Of a stretch of DNA of 64,000 nucleotides, positions 40,161 to 53,204 are shown one piece after another (the stretch's first letter is position 1; each line of letters starts with the position of its first letter). The stretch covers positions 124,001 to 188,000 of the forward strand of contig ADNK01000503.1 of the NCBI GenBank assembly GCA_000320545.1. Reading direction: 5' to 3'. The position numbers were made by a program, and so were the translations under genes. Under the pieces are notes generated by a model. It did no database searches, was not told where the DNA came from, and was given only the letters and a program-made list of their open reading frames with translations. The stretch is from Bigelowiella natans CCMP2755 (Eukaryota; Protista; Cercozoa).

Positions 40161-41138
40161 TTATATTTTTAAACACAGTTAGAGTAGTCACACAGCCATA
40201 TGAACTGCCTACAGAAATAGGCAAGTACCAATATTTGTATCCGCATTGTCGAATAGCCTCGCACATCGTATCATATTGGATTCGCTTTGAACGTGCTTGT
40301 TAACTTGTTAAACTATTGAACATGGATCGTGCAGCCCATTAAATCTAGGCTATGCCTAGCAATAATGCGACAGGCATGCACATCTAGCAGACATTTGCGC
40401 AATAGCCATAATTTTTTAGTATCGCTACTGACGCGTTTTGCATGCATCGCAATGTGCTCACGTCTAGACATCTAGGGCTAGCTAGCTAGCTAGCTAGAAC
40501 ATCTAGACATCTAGACCAAGAGACAGGTGCATGAGTCATGCTGGCATGTCTTTACGACTTAAACTAGTAAAGTCAAAGCGCATTCAAATGCGCTGAGATG
40601 CGATGCAAATGATGACTCCCACTAGCACCGCTAGCTTCCTCATGCTAGCATGCTCTACATGTTAGACGCATGCGATATCGCATCGATGTCAGTAAGTCTT
40701 AGAAGTCAGATAGGAAGCACTGTTTTTCTATGTGCTCTTACAAATATTTAATTTGTCACTATAATTGAGGGGTCTCTCATCATCTTCACATTTTCCTATC
40801 AACAATGATCTTTCCTGGGCTAATCATCTTCACTAACGTTTCCCCATACATCACTAGATCACCACATACCAGACATAATCCCAGTGACCTGTATGTATCA
40901 AAAATAGAACATCTAGACACATGAGGAGTATTGAAACCAGTACAACGCATCAATGCATGGTTGCGGATTGGAGGATCCCGTAGTTAAATGAAACGTAAGT
41001 CGACGACGCACAAAAATGTTTCACAGCAGCACACCAGCGACATAGGAACAATATGCACTACTCTTGGTTCGACGATGATTACCGACTAAGACCAGACAAT
41101 ACGTATTTCCTACATCATATTATTACTGCTACTTCGAT

Positions 41139-41596
41139 CTACTGAGAACTACTACTACCAATGTGCACCTTTTGTTTTCGAGAGCGATACAATTTGATAG
41201 GGAAGTTTTCCGTGACCTTTGTTGTCATTATGTAATTTTTTTTTTTGTCGCACAGCTTCACCATTAATGATCATCATCATCATTATCAGCACCACCATCA
41301 CCTAATATGACCAAATCTCACCCCCCCCCCCCCCCCCCCCCCTCTCTCGCTTCTTCCCACTTCCTCTCCATAGGGGTTAGATTATTACCATATGGTTGTC
41401 CACAAAGACTACGTGTAGATTCACCTCGAAGTCCAGCTGTAAGAGAAGGAGGTGAAGGGATTGGCAGAAATAAATATATGATAGAGAGTGAATTTAACAT
41501 TATTAATACTATTTTTGATATCACATAAAAATCCTTGACTACCTTGAAGTTTTTGGTTGACATTGTACCACAAGTAAAAAGCCTGATGACCGATCA

Positions 41597-41635
<39 letters not shown>

Positions 41636-43875
41636 TACTTCATACTTTATAGCATGCCTCAATTTCATTCATTGGACTTTCACATCAGTGGCAGTGCTTT
41701 AGGTTTTGGAAGAACACCACCCCCACACGCCCCGTTGACTACCATTATCATTACCTTGGCAGAATCATGTTTATAGTTATCGGTAGATTTGGGACCTAAG
41801 GACGACATCCAAGAAGACGAAGAAAAAGTAGGAGAGGGGGAGGAGGAAGAAGAGGAAAAAGGGGGTGTGAATTAAGGAAGGACATATCGCCTACTTTGGA
41901 CGAATATATGCAGATAGCTGATCATCATCATCATCATCATCATCATCAGCATCATCTCCTCGTTTCTGCAGTATCACCGAATTTTTAAATCATTATTCTA
42001 AGATTCGTTGATTGAGTACTATGGTATACTTAATCATATTACCACGTCGCCATCAGCAATTTGAATATTCTGCACTTCGGTAGCTGTGTAAAAGATGAGT
42101 AATTTTTGAGACATATTGTTTCATTACTGATGGGATGGTAGTGAGGTTATGCTCATATCGGCAAATTAATAAAGACTGTTTCTTCTTCTCTTTATATTTC
42201 TCCTTTTTCTTGAAAATGCTTGTAGAATCGTGATTTTAATCGTGTTAATCGTGTTGTGGTAGCTTGCCTTCTCGTGCTTCTCCTTCCATATATGCTGCGA
42301 CATATTATTGATAAACCATAATAAAAGTTAATATGAATATCCAGCCTACTACTACTACTACTACTACTACTAACACACTGATTATAACTGAGGAGCTATA
42401 TTTTGATTATATTCTCCTCTACTACTACTGCTACTATGATAACTTACGGCATCGTTCCACTCTGACAAGTTGTAACTCGACAGATTTGATTGGCAGAGAG
42501 CACTGCTGTATTACGAGCTCGCCCTACGGTATTTGGTTGGCATATAGATAGTAGCGGTGTTAGTAGTGGTAGTGGAGGCGGCGAGCAGTAGTATTGCATG
42601 TATGTGCTGGCGTGTAAACATCGGTTCAGCGACGGACAAAAAACGAATTCAACGAGAGAGACGGGGAGGAGAACAAGAAGAACACATAACGTGGGCTGCA
42701 GTGAAAAGGAAAGAGTATGCTCGTCTTTACATACAACAACTTGCTCATAACTGTGCACTTGTTTTAGTAACCATTAATCATTACTGATCTCTTATAACAA
42801 TGAATTGACAGTATCGAAGCATCGCCTTCTTCTCCTCTTCCTCCTCCTCCTCCTCCTCCTCTCACTGTAACAACCCCATCATCCCAACGCACTGACTCCT
42901 ACTACTCACCGTGAAGGGTTGCGTCACGTCGCAAATTACAGAATCCAAATGGCCTGTTAGTATCAAATGTGGAATGGTGAATATATTAGTCAAGTATACA
43001 CCATAATGAAGCAATATGAACAATAAATAATAAGAAAATGTGCAACCAAGGACGGTAACTAGGATAACACCACTACCTTCAAATAGGAAAGTTGGAATCT
43101 TCGACTTCAAGCCCTAATTAATAAGTGACAGCAGCAGTGATGGCAACGATGATGACAACGACAACAACGAAATGACTCCATCAACACACATGAATCAATA
43201 GCCAGTGAGTTGTTAAGCAATCAGAGTATGGAAGTCTATGATCCTCTTCTCACCCGATGAACGTTCTGTAGCTGGTCAGGAGATATCTTGAATTCATGCT
43301 TCTTTTTCTCTTTCTGCACGATAATGTTGAGTATGATTATGAATGTATTCATCAAGATTCGTGGGAATAATGGAACGAGCATCCTAACTTATATTTCCTA
43401 GCCTGAAAATCAATGCTGCTCCATTTGTGTTCCAGACATACAATTGTGTAAGAACGCACCACATCTTCTGCGAAGACTTCGACATAAAATTCCATCTCCT
43501 TTTGGAAATCCTTTTGCATCATACCTTATTATTACCATTAGTAAGTCATAATAGGAACACAGACATATGATAATTGGATGCCATGTCACATATCACTGCT
43601 ACTGCTACGAGGGAATCGGTAATACCTCGTTTCACCAATGCCCCAATGACATACTGCACCTATAATTTTGATTTCAAATTGGTAATGAGAGATTAACGAC
43701 GTTGATTACAATATGCTTGGAAAATTCCATTTACATTAATATAGACTCCATGGTAGGTATCGTACAGTTGAGGCATTCCACTGATACGCAAACAGACAAA
43801 TGCAGGCACTCAGATTCTCAATTTTACAAATGAAACTTGAGAACAGCCCCCACCACACGCACTAATGGATGTAAG

Positions 43876-43916
<41 letters not shown>

Positions 43917-44571
43917 GGGGAGGGGGGAGGGGGGAGGAAAGAGATATGTAAATATGAAAGTTCATATAATTTGAGATACTTTGATGGCTTGAGTTTAAAC
44001 TGAAATGGAATACTGTGCACTCCCGGACCTATATAAATATATAATTAATTTGAAAAACCATGAATATAGAGTGTTTTCTACGTCAGATATCTAACCTAGG
44101 CTTCCCGGTTTGAGCACTTCTAGTTTCTTTTCCACCAACACTAGTGGTTTAAGTGTGCTGTAAAAAGCTTCGAAGATACCCACGCTTTTTGCTGGATAAC
44201 AATGTGGAGTTTTAATTTATATCACCGGATCAACCCGACATTTCCGAATGGAATCCATAAAATAGGTATAATTTATTCGAAGAGGGCGCAGAATTGACAC
44301 CTGAAAGTTGCAGCTTTACAGACCCATCGACACTGATTGAAATCCCATTGTGACTCATTCCTTTTCCTGCAAAGTAAGGAGGAGTAAATTGACGGTGTTC
44401 ATAATGATAGGTGAAACAAAGAGAACCCGCATTGACGATGACCGCTCCTGCGATCGTATCCTGTAAATTTCACGATTAGATACTCAACCGAAATCAGGAA
44501 ATCTTCCAATACAAAAAATAACATACCCCAGGCGAGAATGTCCGATCGTCATTGTCTAGCTTTAGTTCCAT
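41139..44571 (-). CDS. VPS26C: VPS26C (DSCR3), Retriever complex subunit (many small exons)
   Basis: MELKLDNDDRTFSPG, HNGISISVDGSVKLQLS-AKSVGIFEAFYSTLKP, IPFQFKL, LYDTYHGVYINV, IKSVELQLVRVE, ATEVQNIQIADGDV, MILPR and VTENFPIKLYR. The stop position is uncertain. Confidence 0.92.
41321..41342. repeat. Poly-C (22 nt) in a VPS26C intron
   Basis: Homopolymer read directly from the sequence. Confidence 0.9.
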
Positions 44572-45148
44572 GCTAGGTTTGGACATTTTGAAGATACCCT
44601 AGAGAAGCAATCAGCTCGCAGATGGATGACACACACACACACACACAGACAGAAGAAAGCACAGTGGAATGTCTTCATCGAGGAGGTTTCAACAAGCGGA
44701 ATTAATAGAAATAGGAGCGTTTTATTTAATACGACATAATGAACATCTGTATATTTCCTATTTCTACACTACAATGATGATATTCACTATTGTCATTTTG
44801 AGACGTATGTTGAGATAGATAGATTATCAAGAAAATCATGCGTCGATCCTCTAATTATTCGGATGTCTGCTGTAAGAAAAATACTTATTTTTAGATATTT
44901 ATCCGTATATATTTGCCTTCTTTATCAAGTCATGGTTTTGTGTGTGCTACAGACACGATACGACACCACGAATAATAACTAGAATTCAGTAGTAATTCGT
45001 GGTTTATCGATATTACGTTTATCGGTAATTGTTGTAGAATTGTTCTTAATTGGATGTTTGTCGACGATAGTCATATCTCCGAGCTGTGCATCAAATACAA
45101 TCAGAAGTACACTTCCTATGCAGCTCGACATTTAGGGGTGCTCTCCGA

Positions 45149-45752
45149 ATGTCGTCTAGCCTGCCAACTTCTGAAGCAGTAGGCGTGGCAATTGGATTGC
45201 ATGGCCAACTGAAGGAGGCGGAAACCATATCAGAGCAAATTCTTCAGGATAAGAACCTGGTATACAATCTAAGATCTCAAAAGATTAGCTCTAGAATTTT
45301 CTCGATAGCATCTGATCGAGAATCATTGCAACTGGTACATAATAATTCTCAGATTCTTGAGTACCAGAAGCGAATGGCAGCAAACCGCGAGCTCCTCTCT
45401 AAGTATCGGCGCGACGAAGACTTCCGTGATAAATTGTACTACTTGTATCTCGGAGGGTTCTTCGTAAAATTGCCAGGAGCTCAGATACAGAGCATAGTGA
45501 AAAAGGGTACGATTTTCAACCATCAAATATTTCATCACTTCTCTTTGCGTATGATTTTTGATTCAATGATGCAGATGAATATCCTGATCGACCATTATGA
45601 ATTTAGATCAAGATCGCCTGAAAGAGTGGATAGAGCTCGCTAGACGACAGGTGAAAAATGGATTGCGGAAGTTGGAACAAATCCGTCCTAGCGAAAGACC
45701 TAAAGGTGTCGTCGATCTTCTTCTCAAAGAGAGCAAACAGGTTCAGTCGTGA
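45149..45752 (+). CDS. PDRG1: PDRG1-like prefoldin beta-type subunit (3 exons)
   Basis: LKEAETISEQILQDKNL-ILEYQKRMAANRELL..YLGGFFVKLP..SIVKK-DQDRLKEWIELARRQVKNGLRKL matches the PDRG1 pattern (..I.....KR..NRE; G..F.KLP; DQ..L...I...R). Confidence 0.75.
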
Positions 45753-46548
45753 TACCCCTATTGTGGCACTATTCTAGCTGTGCGACTATAACTAGAGCAT
45801 GCACAGATTATTGTCTCGCTAGCTCGCATCGACAGCCATACCACATTGTAACAACAACAATTATTATTCCCATTATTTAAGTCTTTCTAAGCGATGTGCA
45901 CATATGCGTCCTGCGTGTACGTATAGCAGTGCATAACTCATGCAGCAGTGCTGCATGCATATCTAGATGTCTAGCTTATAAGCTATATATATACATACCT
46001 ACGTATCGTACTAGCGTAGGCGAGAAGCCGCGGCTTGTTCATTGATCGATTCATGATCGAGCGCTAGCTCTACACGAACAAGTCATAAGCGGCGTGTGCG
46101 GTGCTGCGCGATGACAACAGCAGCTCACACGAGCTATATGTGCTACCATCACTATAGGTCGCTTACGTATATACATATCTAGATATATCAATATTATACT
46201 CCAAAATGTCGAACATGTACACGATGCACACATAGTACTAGAGTAGTACAGCGCACGCTCCGATCGATACGTCTGGACGTAGCAATGCTAGCATGTACGC
46301 AAGATGTTGCGCAAGTCTAATCGATGGGTGATGTTGCGATGACTATGATACGACATTTGTTATTATAACTGAGCATATGATGTGCACACAATGGAATCGG
46401 ACGATGTAATTGATAATACATCGTTGCAATTGTTGTTACAATCTAGCAATGCACGATGCCAATATACATAGCTTCTGAGATTATGGAATATTTTTAAATT
46501 TGGCTAGTCTCGGCTGATAATATCTGATTGATGATGCTTAGTTACATC

Positions 46549-47269
46549 TTACTCTTCAGCTAGTCATCCACGCCATGATACATTAACTGTGGTTTTTGGC
46601 ATTTTCACCTACTTGCTTTCTCCTCGGGCACCAGGTGATCCTAACCAGTGAAGTGGAATATGAAATTATGGAATTGGCTTCTCAAATGTCAAATACACAA
46701 TTACCTCATCGTCGCCTCTCGAGTCTAAGTTTATCTTATTTCCATATTTCCCTTTCAGGATGACCTGCATTTTCAGCCTATAAATCAATCGTTCTGGTGC
46801 TATTTTATAATTCTCCTTACCTTGAGAGTTTCCATCTCCGTTACGAGTTTGCTTTTCTCACCGAGAAGGGACTGTCAAAAAACACAGTCAATCAGAGTCA
46901 GTAGGCAAAGCTTTGGTATCCAGCAATTCAAGGTTATATATAGATTACTATGTTTCATGTTGCTACGCGATATTAGACACCTCAAGGTTCTCCTTCGCTT
47001 CTTTCTGCTTGTCTCTAACGAAATCTTCTGCATCGTCATTCGACACTTGAACGTAGACTTCACCAACTTTTATCCTGTGGTGGTATTGGGAAAAAATTAG
47101 TTAACAGCACGGTACGTAGTAAAGGAAAAATTGATGGTGCACATAAATGTTGCTCATACTTGCAAGCGTCATCGTCGAGGAGACCCTCGATATCTTGTGC
47201 TGCATCTTCGTTTTCTTGGACAGATTTCTGCATTACGAAAATCAAGGCTGAACTAAGGTGAAGATACAT

Positions 47270-47351
<82 letters not shown>

Positions 47352-48073
47352 ACACACAAGCATGGACGCATCCAAATCTACATTTCATGACATTCATATT
47401 TATGCACATATGTGCACTGAGTACTCCTCCACATCATACTGCATAATCTCATTGAGTCACTCAGACCCTCGCTGCTTTGATTGCATCCTCCAACTCCATC
47501 ATTCGTTGGTCTAGCCTCCCATAAGAATTTATCCGCTGTATCCATTAGATATACCAGAAGAAACAAACAATAGCATATGTTAATTTCTTGCCGAAGATTT
47601 ATAAATGATAAAACGAAGATGACGCCTGCACGACCTGTTGATCCTCCCACGTAACCTCAGGATCATCATCTTGTAAAGTTGCTACCACCTGAAGACAAAA
47701 TTTTTTGAAGCTGCTTTGAATTTCACACATACAACCGTCGCGTAAAGCAAGTACCCGTGGTTTCTTCGTTTTTGGGGCAAAAAGCTTCTTTTGAGCTTTG
47801 TTGATCTGAGGAGTGACAAGGTGAATATGCAAACCACATAAAAATGGTTAAATATATGTTACTTGTCCTTCCATCCACTCGTCCAATTCTTCCTTGGTCG
47901 CGCATTTATCCCGTAATTTTCCACCTGTAATTCACAAAATGGTGATATTTGGTACCGCAGTCAACCCCCCCGTCCTTTCACTCTATCATTTAGCTCGAAT
48001 CAGTACCTCGCTCCCATTCAGCTATCTTCTGTTGCTTCCATTTTTCGACGCGCGCTTTGTTTGCTTCATTCAT
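46549..48073 (-). CDS. PFDN4: Prefoldin subunit 4 with N-terminal extension (multi-exon)
   Basis: EVTWEDQQ-RINSYGRL, NEDAAQDIEGLLDDD, KVGEVYV and EMETLK-VILKGKYGNKINLD are diagnostic PFDN4/Gim3 motifs. Upstream exons splice in frame to an ATG at 48073. Confidence 0.9.
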
Positions 48074-48941
48074 CCTTGATTTTGCTTGACTCATTTTTCC
48101 TATGCACGGAAGAAAACAACACCAGGTAAACTTAAAAGAATTTCCGCATATGTACCACCACTTTCCAATTCTATTCTCACCTTAGTTCTTTACACTACAT
48201 TTTATAACGCGATATTTGGCAAATCCCATTTAAGGAAGTAGAAAACACGTGTTCCTTAATTCTCAATGACGACTGTTATGTAACACCATAAGTACATACG
48301 AAACGACGCCGCATTCACGAATAAGGATACTGGATCCATTGTTTTTCCAAACACAGAAAACGATGTATATGAGATCTTCCTAAAAATGTCCTTAGTTTAC
48401 CTCTAGTGCACTCTCCTCTTTCACCAGGACTGCAATGCACACTCGGGTGTAAAACTCAGAACACAATTAGGAGACCTTTGATGAACGCAGATCGCGCACA
48501 AAAATTCCAGTTTTTCCGGAATCATAGGTACTTTTACCTCATGCGACATCATAATTTCGGGTTTTATCGAATTAGGCGGCATACGTGTTCCTTTTTCCTG
48601 TTGCGGTAAGCATCAGAAGAATTTGCGCGAGCTGCTTTGTGTAAATTATCTCTCGATCGTTGTCTTAAAAATTTAATTCACTGCATTCGCTGATCCATTT
48701 CTAATTTAATCGATTTCTCGAGATTTATGATGACGGATCACATTGAACTCATGCATTGTTAACCTAAATGTCTTATGTCAGAAGTTTAGTCATAACTCCT
48801 TTTCAAATTCACCGACACCGAAGCTGCGCTCACGGCACTCCAAATTGTGCTTATATTTTTAGTAGCGACTATAAAATATTGTTGTCACGATGCACTAAAT
48901 ATACGGTGGTTGGTATCTGCAAAGCAGAGCTTCTAATCGCA

Positions 48942-50010
48942 ATGGCTGCCAAGGGCTCATCTCCTTTAACACCCCCGGAGGCCCGTGCCCTCATCGATAA
49001 GCACCTTTACGATGCCTCCATAATTCCCACTCTTGAAAACTATGTTCATCAACAATGCAAGGAGAATCTCTATGACTACGATGCCAATCGTCATCTGCTC
49101 AAGCTATACAAGTTCCACCCATCCGAAGCCAGTGCTGCAGTTGCAGGCAAGGTGAATATCTGAAAAAGGACATCGGCTGACATCCACTTATGCAAGATTG
49201 GCACAAAATCTTTGCTCGAGCAAGAATAAAGAATACGTCGATGAACGAAGATATTAGAAATTGATTATGAACCCCCCATCTAACAATGATATAGGGAGCT
49301 TATTATATTTTTCAGCATATAATATCGTTTGTAATCACTCGAATTTGCATACGGTACCCTAATTCAGTATATTTTCAACTGTACAAGGTTTTGATAAAGG
49401 CAATGATGCATCTACCAGCCTCGGATTACGTTTGCTGTTTATACCTTCTTCCTCTGCCCTTACACAACGAGGAGCCTATCAGAACAATTCTTAGGATGGT
49501 AAAGAATTTTCCCAAAACATTTAGAAAATAATCTTAATTGGCGGAAATTGTGTGTTATCATAATTTTGCCGCAAACAGAGAAGATTAAAAAAACACCTTC
49601 ACATTCAGGCAAACCTTCTAGAAACTTTCCAGATGAAGAAATTCTGGAAGGAGCTCGAGGATCAAAAATCGTGTAAGGCGCTCTTAGACACACCGGGGTT
49701 TATCGCAGCGGTAGAAAAGTGCATTATAACAATTGTCAAGTCTACTTACTTTGACATTTCGGTGTCAACACTCGCGGATCTACTCAGAAAGAAAGAAGAC
49801 GTTATGGTAGAAACTTTTTTTGATGAAGAGATGTTCAATCCCCTAACGTTCATCTTTGTCCAGCGTTTACAAAAAGAGAACGGCTGGGAGATGTCAAAGG
49901 ATGGTAAAATGGTCATACTCTCTAAAAAGAAGATGATGTCGACAAGGGTAGAAGGATCGCAGAAGATCACACTGCAGCAAGTGTCCAAAGTACTTCCGTT
50001 ACTTCAGTAA
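48942..50010 (+). CDS. EIF3K: Eukaryotic translation initiation factor 3 subunit K
   Basis: YDASIIPTLENYVHQQCKENLYDYDANRHLLKLYKFHP, VLIKAMMHLPASDYVCCLYLL, LLETFQMKKFW and PGFIAAV..IVKSTYFDI. Confidence 0.95.
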
Positions 50011-50630
50011 GAAGTCTTGCAAAGATTTTGATATTCTTGATGATCACGAAGCTGATGTCGTACTATAGCATGCATATTTCACGTCATGGAAAAGAAATCA
50101 TTAAAATAAAAGTATCATCACCCACACACAATCGTGACTATTGAAAGAGTAACTGTCCATATAATGCTGAATTCTACGTGCATGTACGCAAGGATAGATT
50201 GCTCACATACGTATGGCATAAAAGCAACTACGTTGCAGTAAATAACCCCAGCGTGCAGCGTAGCATGTGGTTGACTGCAGTGCGTTCAGGTTGATCGTGG
50301 TCGTAGTGAACACATCTAGACATGCATTGCAAACAGCTCCTCCACCCGTGGCTTGACGAAATGCTGTGGCTCCAAAGTTTTGGAAACTTTGAACAACATA
50401 CAAGCGTGCGCATAAATGCTGGTTGATAATCTCATTTCGCACACCGTCTAGTTAACACTAGCCACTAGGCCTAGACATACTAGCATGCAGAATGTCTAGA
50501 TGTGTGCGTCTAGACGTATTACTTTTAACTGTGGCGAAACAGCGACCGGCAGAAAAGTCTAGAAGCGTGCGTGGCGCGGTGCAACGCATTGAACTAGTGA
50601 AGCTTTGATCGCACATAATAGCATGGACTC

Positions 50631-50728
50631 AAGCGCTGCAGCCTCTAGCTGCATTGCGGAGCTACATCAGATGACATGTCATTGGGATGACCATTGAAAA
50701 CATTTGATCACTTCATCACATCCGTCTC
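50631..50728 (+). repeat. Dispersed intergenic element, copy 3 (diverged, with small insertions)
   Basis: aagcgctgcagcc..gctgcattgcggagctacat...ggatgaccattgaaaa..ttcatcacatccgtctc. Confidence 0.75.
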
Positions 50729-51414
50729 ACATCATCTAGTCATGCTGGCCCACATGCGCGCGCACAGCTCCGGGCTTGATGGCGACTGCACATGAGAGCC
50801 ACATCCATGCACAGGGGTCAAGTGTGGGTGCAGCAAGAAGAAGACCTCTGGGTCAACCGTGTGTGAAGAATTGTGAAGTGCGATTGAGAGTCACTTGAGG
50901 GAATGAGTGAGTGAATGAATGAATGAATGAATGGTGTGGTTTCAATGATAGTGCTGAGAGAATCATCGGAAATGCAATTGCAGAAGTGCCAACTCATCCC
51001 AATTGACTCATCCACTTCCCAAACAACAAAACCAGCAAGGGAAAGGAAGGGTTTGCTTCACATTGCAGGCAAAGAGAATGGATGAATGACTGAAGTGGTT
51101 CTAATTGATCTAGCTCAAAGGATCATAGGACACGCAATCGCTCATCTATGCCCTTCTCGAAGTTGTCAGAACAGAAAGAAAGAAAGAAGTGTTTCCATTG
51201 GAGCAGCTGAAAGGATCATGGAGCCGAAACCATGGAGATAAATGTGAAACCATGCGACATACAATTTGTTCATCGTACAAAGGAAATGCAGGACATTTTT
51301 GACTGAATTCAAGCCTAAAATCTTGGAGATGACTCTCATCATCAACGACGAAAGCTGCTTTGCCAGACTTCGATAATGGCGGCCCAGGCCGCGGCCTGCC
51401 CATGTTCAACTAGA

Positions 51415-53162
51415 ATGGCCCTCCTCTCTCCTCCCGCACTTGCGGTAATTGTGATAGCGCTCGCGACCGTTATTCCTCGGGACAAACTTCGTTCACAGCC
51501 GCAAGCTCATCATCTTCGACATGTTGGTACGTATAGAATCGATGACTAAACTGCATAATGCCACCCCGCACGAGCCCACATGCAGGATAAACCACATGTA
51601 ACATCGAGAAACACAGATGAATAGGTCCAATACATTATCTTTACTATTTCCTGTGGTGTTGGAAATCTTCCTGATACAGCTGAAGAGAAACAAGACAGTC
51701 CCCTTCCATTCATGGTGCACATCACCAACTCCCGCAATTGTTCCTTGTTCAAGCACGGGCTAAGGGGAGGAGGTATCAGAGCAAATACTGCTCTTGTTTA
51801 AGTCTAACATCCTATTATCGTACAGGCCCCCCCCCTCCCTACCGGGGTTGGAGAGACAGAGAAGGAGGAAGAGATCGGGATCAGGATGATGAGAATCACA
51901 TGGGATTTAGCGGCAGAGGCCGGGGAAGGGGTAGGGGAAGAGGAAGAGGAAGAGGGAGAGGGAGAGGGAGAGGAAGGTATTTCGAAGACAGGGGATATGA
52001 CAGGGAAGGTGAAGATGGAGGACGTGACAGAGACCACTACAGGTGTTCCTACATTGAACCAGCTTTGTTTTAGTATATTCTATTCCTGACTCTGTTTGCC
52101 ACCACCACCACCAGCGCAGCAGCAGCAAACTCTCATGCACATAGCACGAATGTAGGATACAGATGTCAGGGGATATATAGTTGGACTGATTTTACTTGTC
52201 AGGAACAGAAATGAGAGGGATGGTCCTGGCCATCACAATTCGGGGGGGAGAAGAAGAGACCAAGGAAAAGAGGACCACTATAGAGACGACAACCGACGCA
52301 CGCCACACGGTGGTGACAACAATGGCAGGAATTATGGCAGACGAAATGATGATGATCATTTCAATAATCGTCGTCATCATCAAGAGGCCAGGGATCGGGA
52401 GCGAGAACACCGCCATAATGATGAACGAAAATTTATGGGACGTAGAAAGCAGGTGATATCTGTCGGAAAACACACACACCTATCTACTTGTTACGGATGA
52501 CACAACGATATGCATTTGATAATAACCACTTATCATGCCATCTTTTCAGCCAAAGCGATCCGAAATGACGGAGGAAGAGCATGTCAAATACGGTAAGTGA
52601 GTGAGTAAGTCAAAACAAATTACTGACAACTCCGTTACACGTTTACCAAATGCTATTACGATCCTTGACGCAATAACAACAACCTCTACATGTTATCGAT
52701 ATTAGTGTTGTTTCGTTTCTTATAACTCTTGCTACTATAGCATTCCGACAGGATGCCACAAGTGCAGAGCGAAAGGCCAAAGTCGGTGGAGAGTGAAGAG
52801 TGTGATGATGATAATGATGATGATGATGATGATTAATTTTATTAGGATTAAACTTATGCTGTTCTTCTTTCCATTTCTTTGTGCCCCTCTTAATTTTGAC
52901 TATTTTCTTCATTAGATCGCGCAATGGAATCGTATGAGAGCGAAGGAGAAAATCCAAGAACGAAAAATGGAAGAGGTGGTTATCATTGTAGATTTCAACA
53001 CTGTCGTAATTCATGTGAAAAGAGAAGGAGGGGTGGAGGGCACTACACAGAAGACGATTGTTTTGAGACCTGTATACATCTATGAGCAAAGATAATATTG
53101 TAGATTGCATCAGATCTATGTAGTTTCTTCAGTTCATAACAAGTACCAACGCAGAACAAACA

Positions 53163-53204
<42 letters not shown>

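Noticed and set aside
41321-41342. Poly-C tract as a functional G-quadruplex
   Set aside because: It is an isolated intronic homopolymer in a repeat-rich genome with no further support.
51521-51526. ATG at 51521 as a leaderless U2AF65 start
   Set aside because: It splices in phase 0, which hits stop codons in the following exons; only the frame from 51415 stays open.
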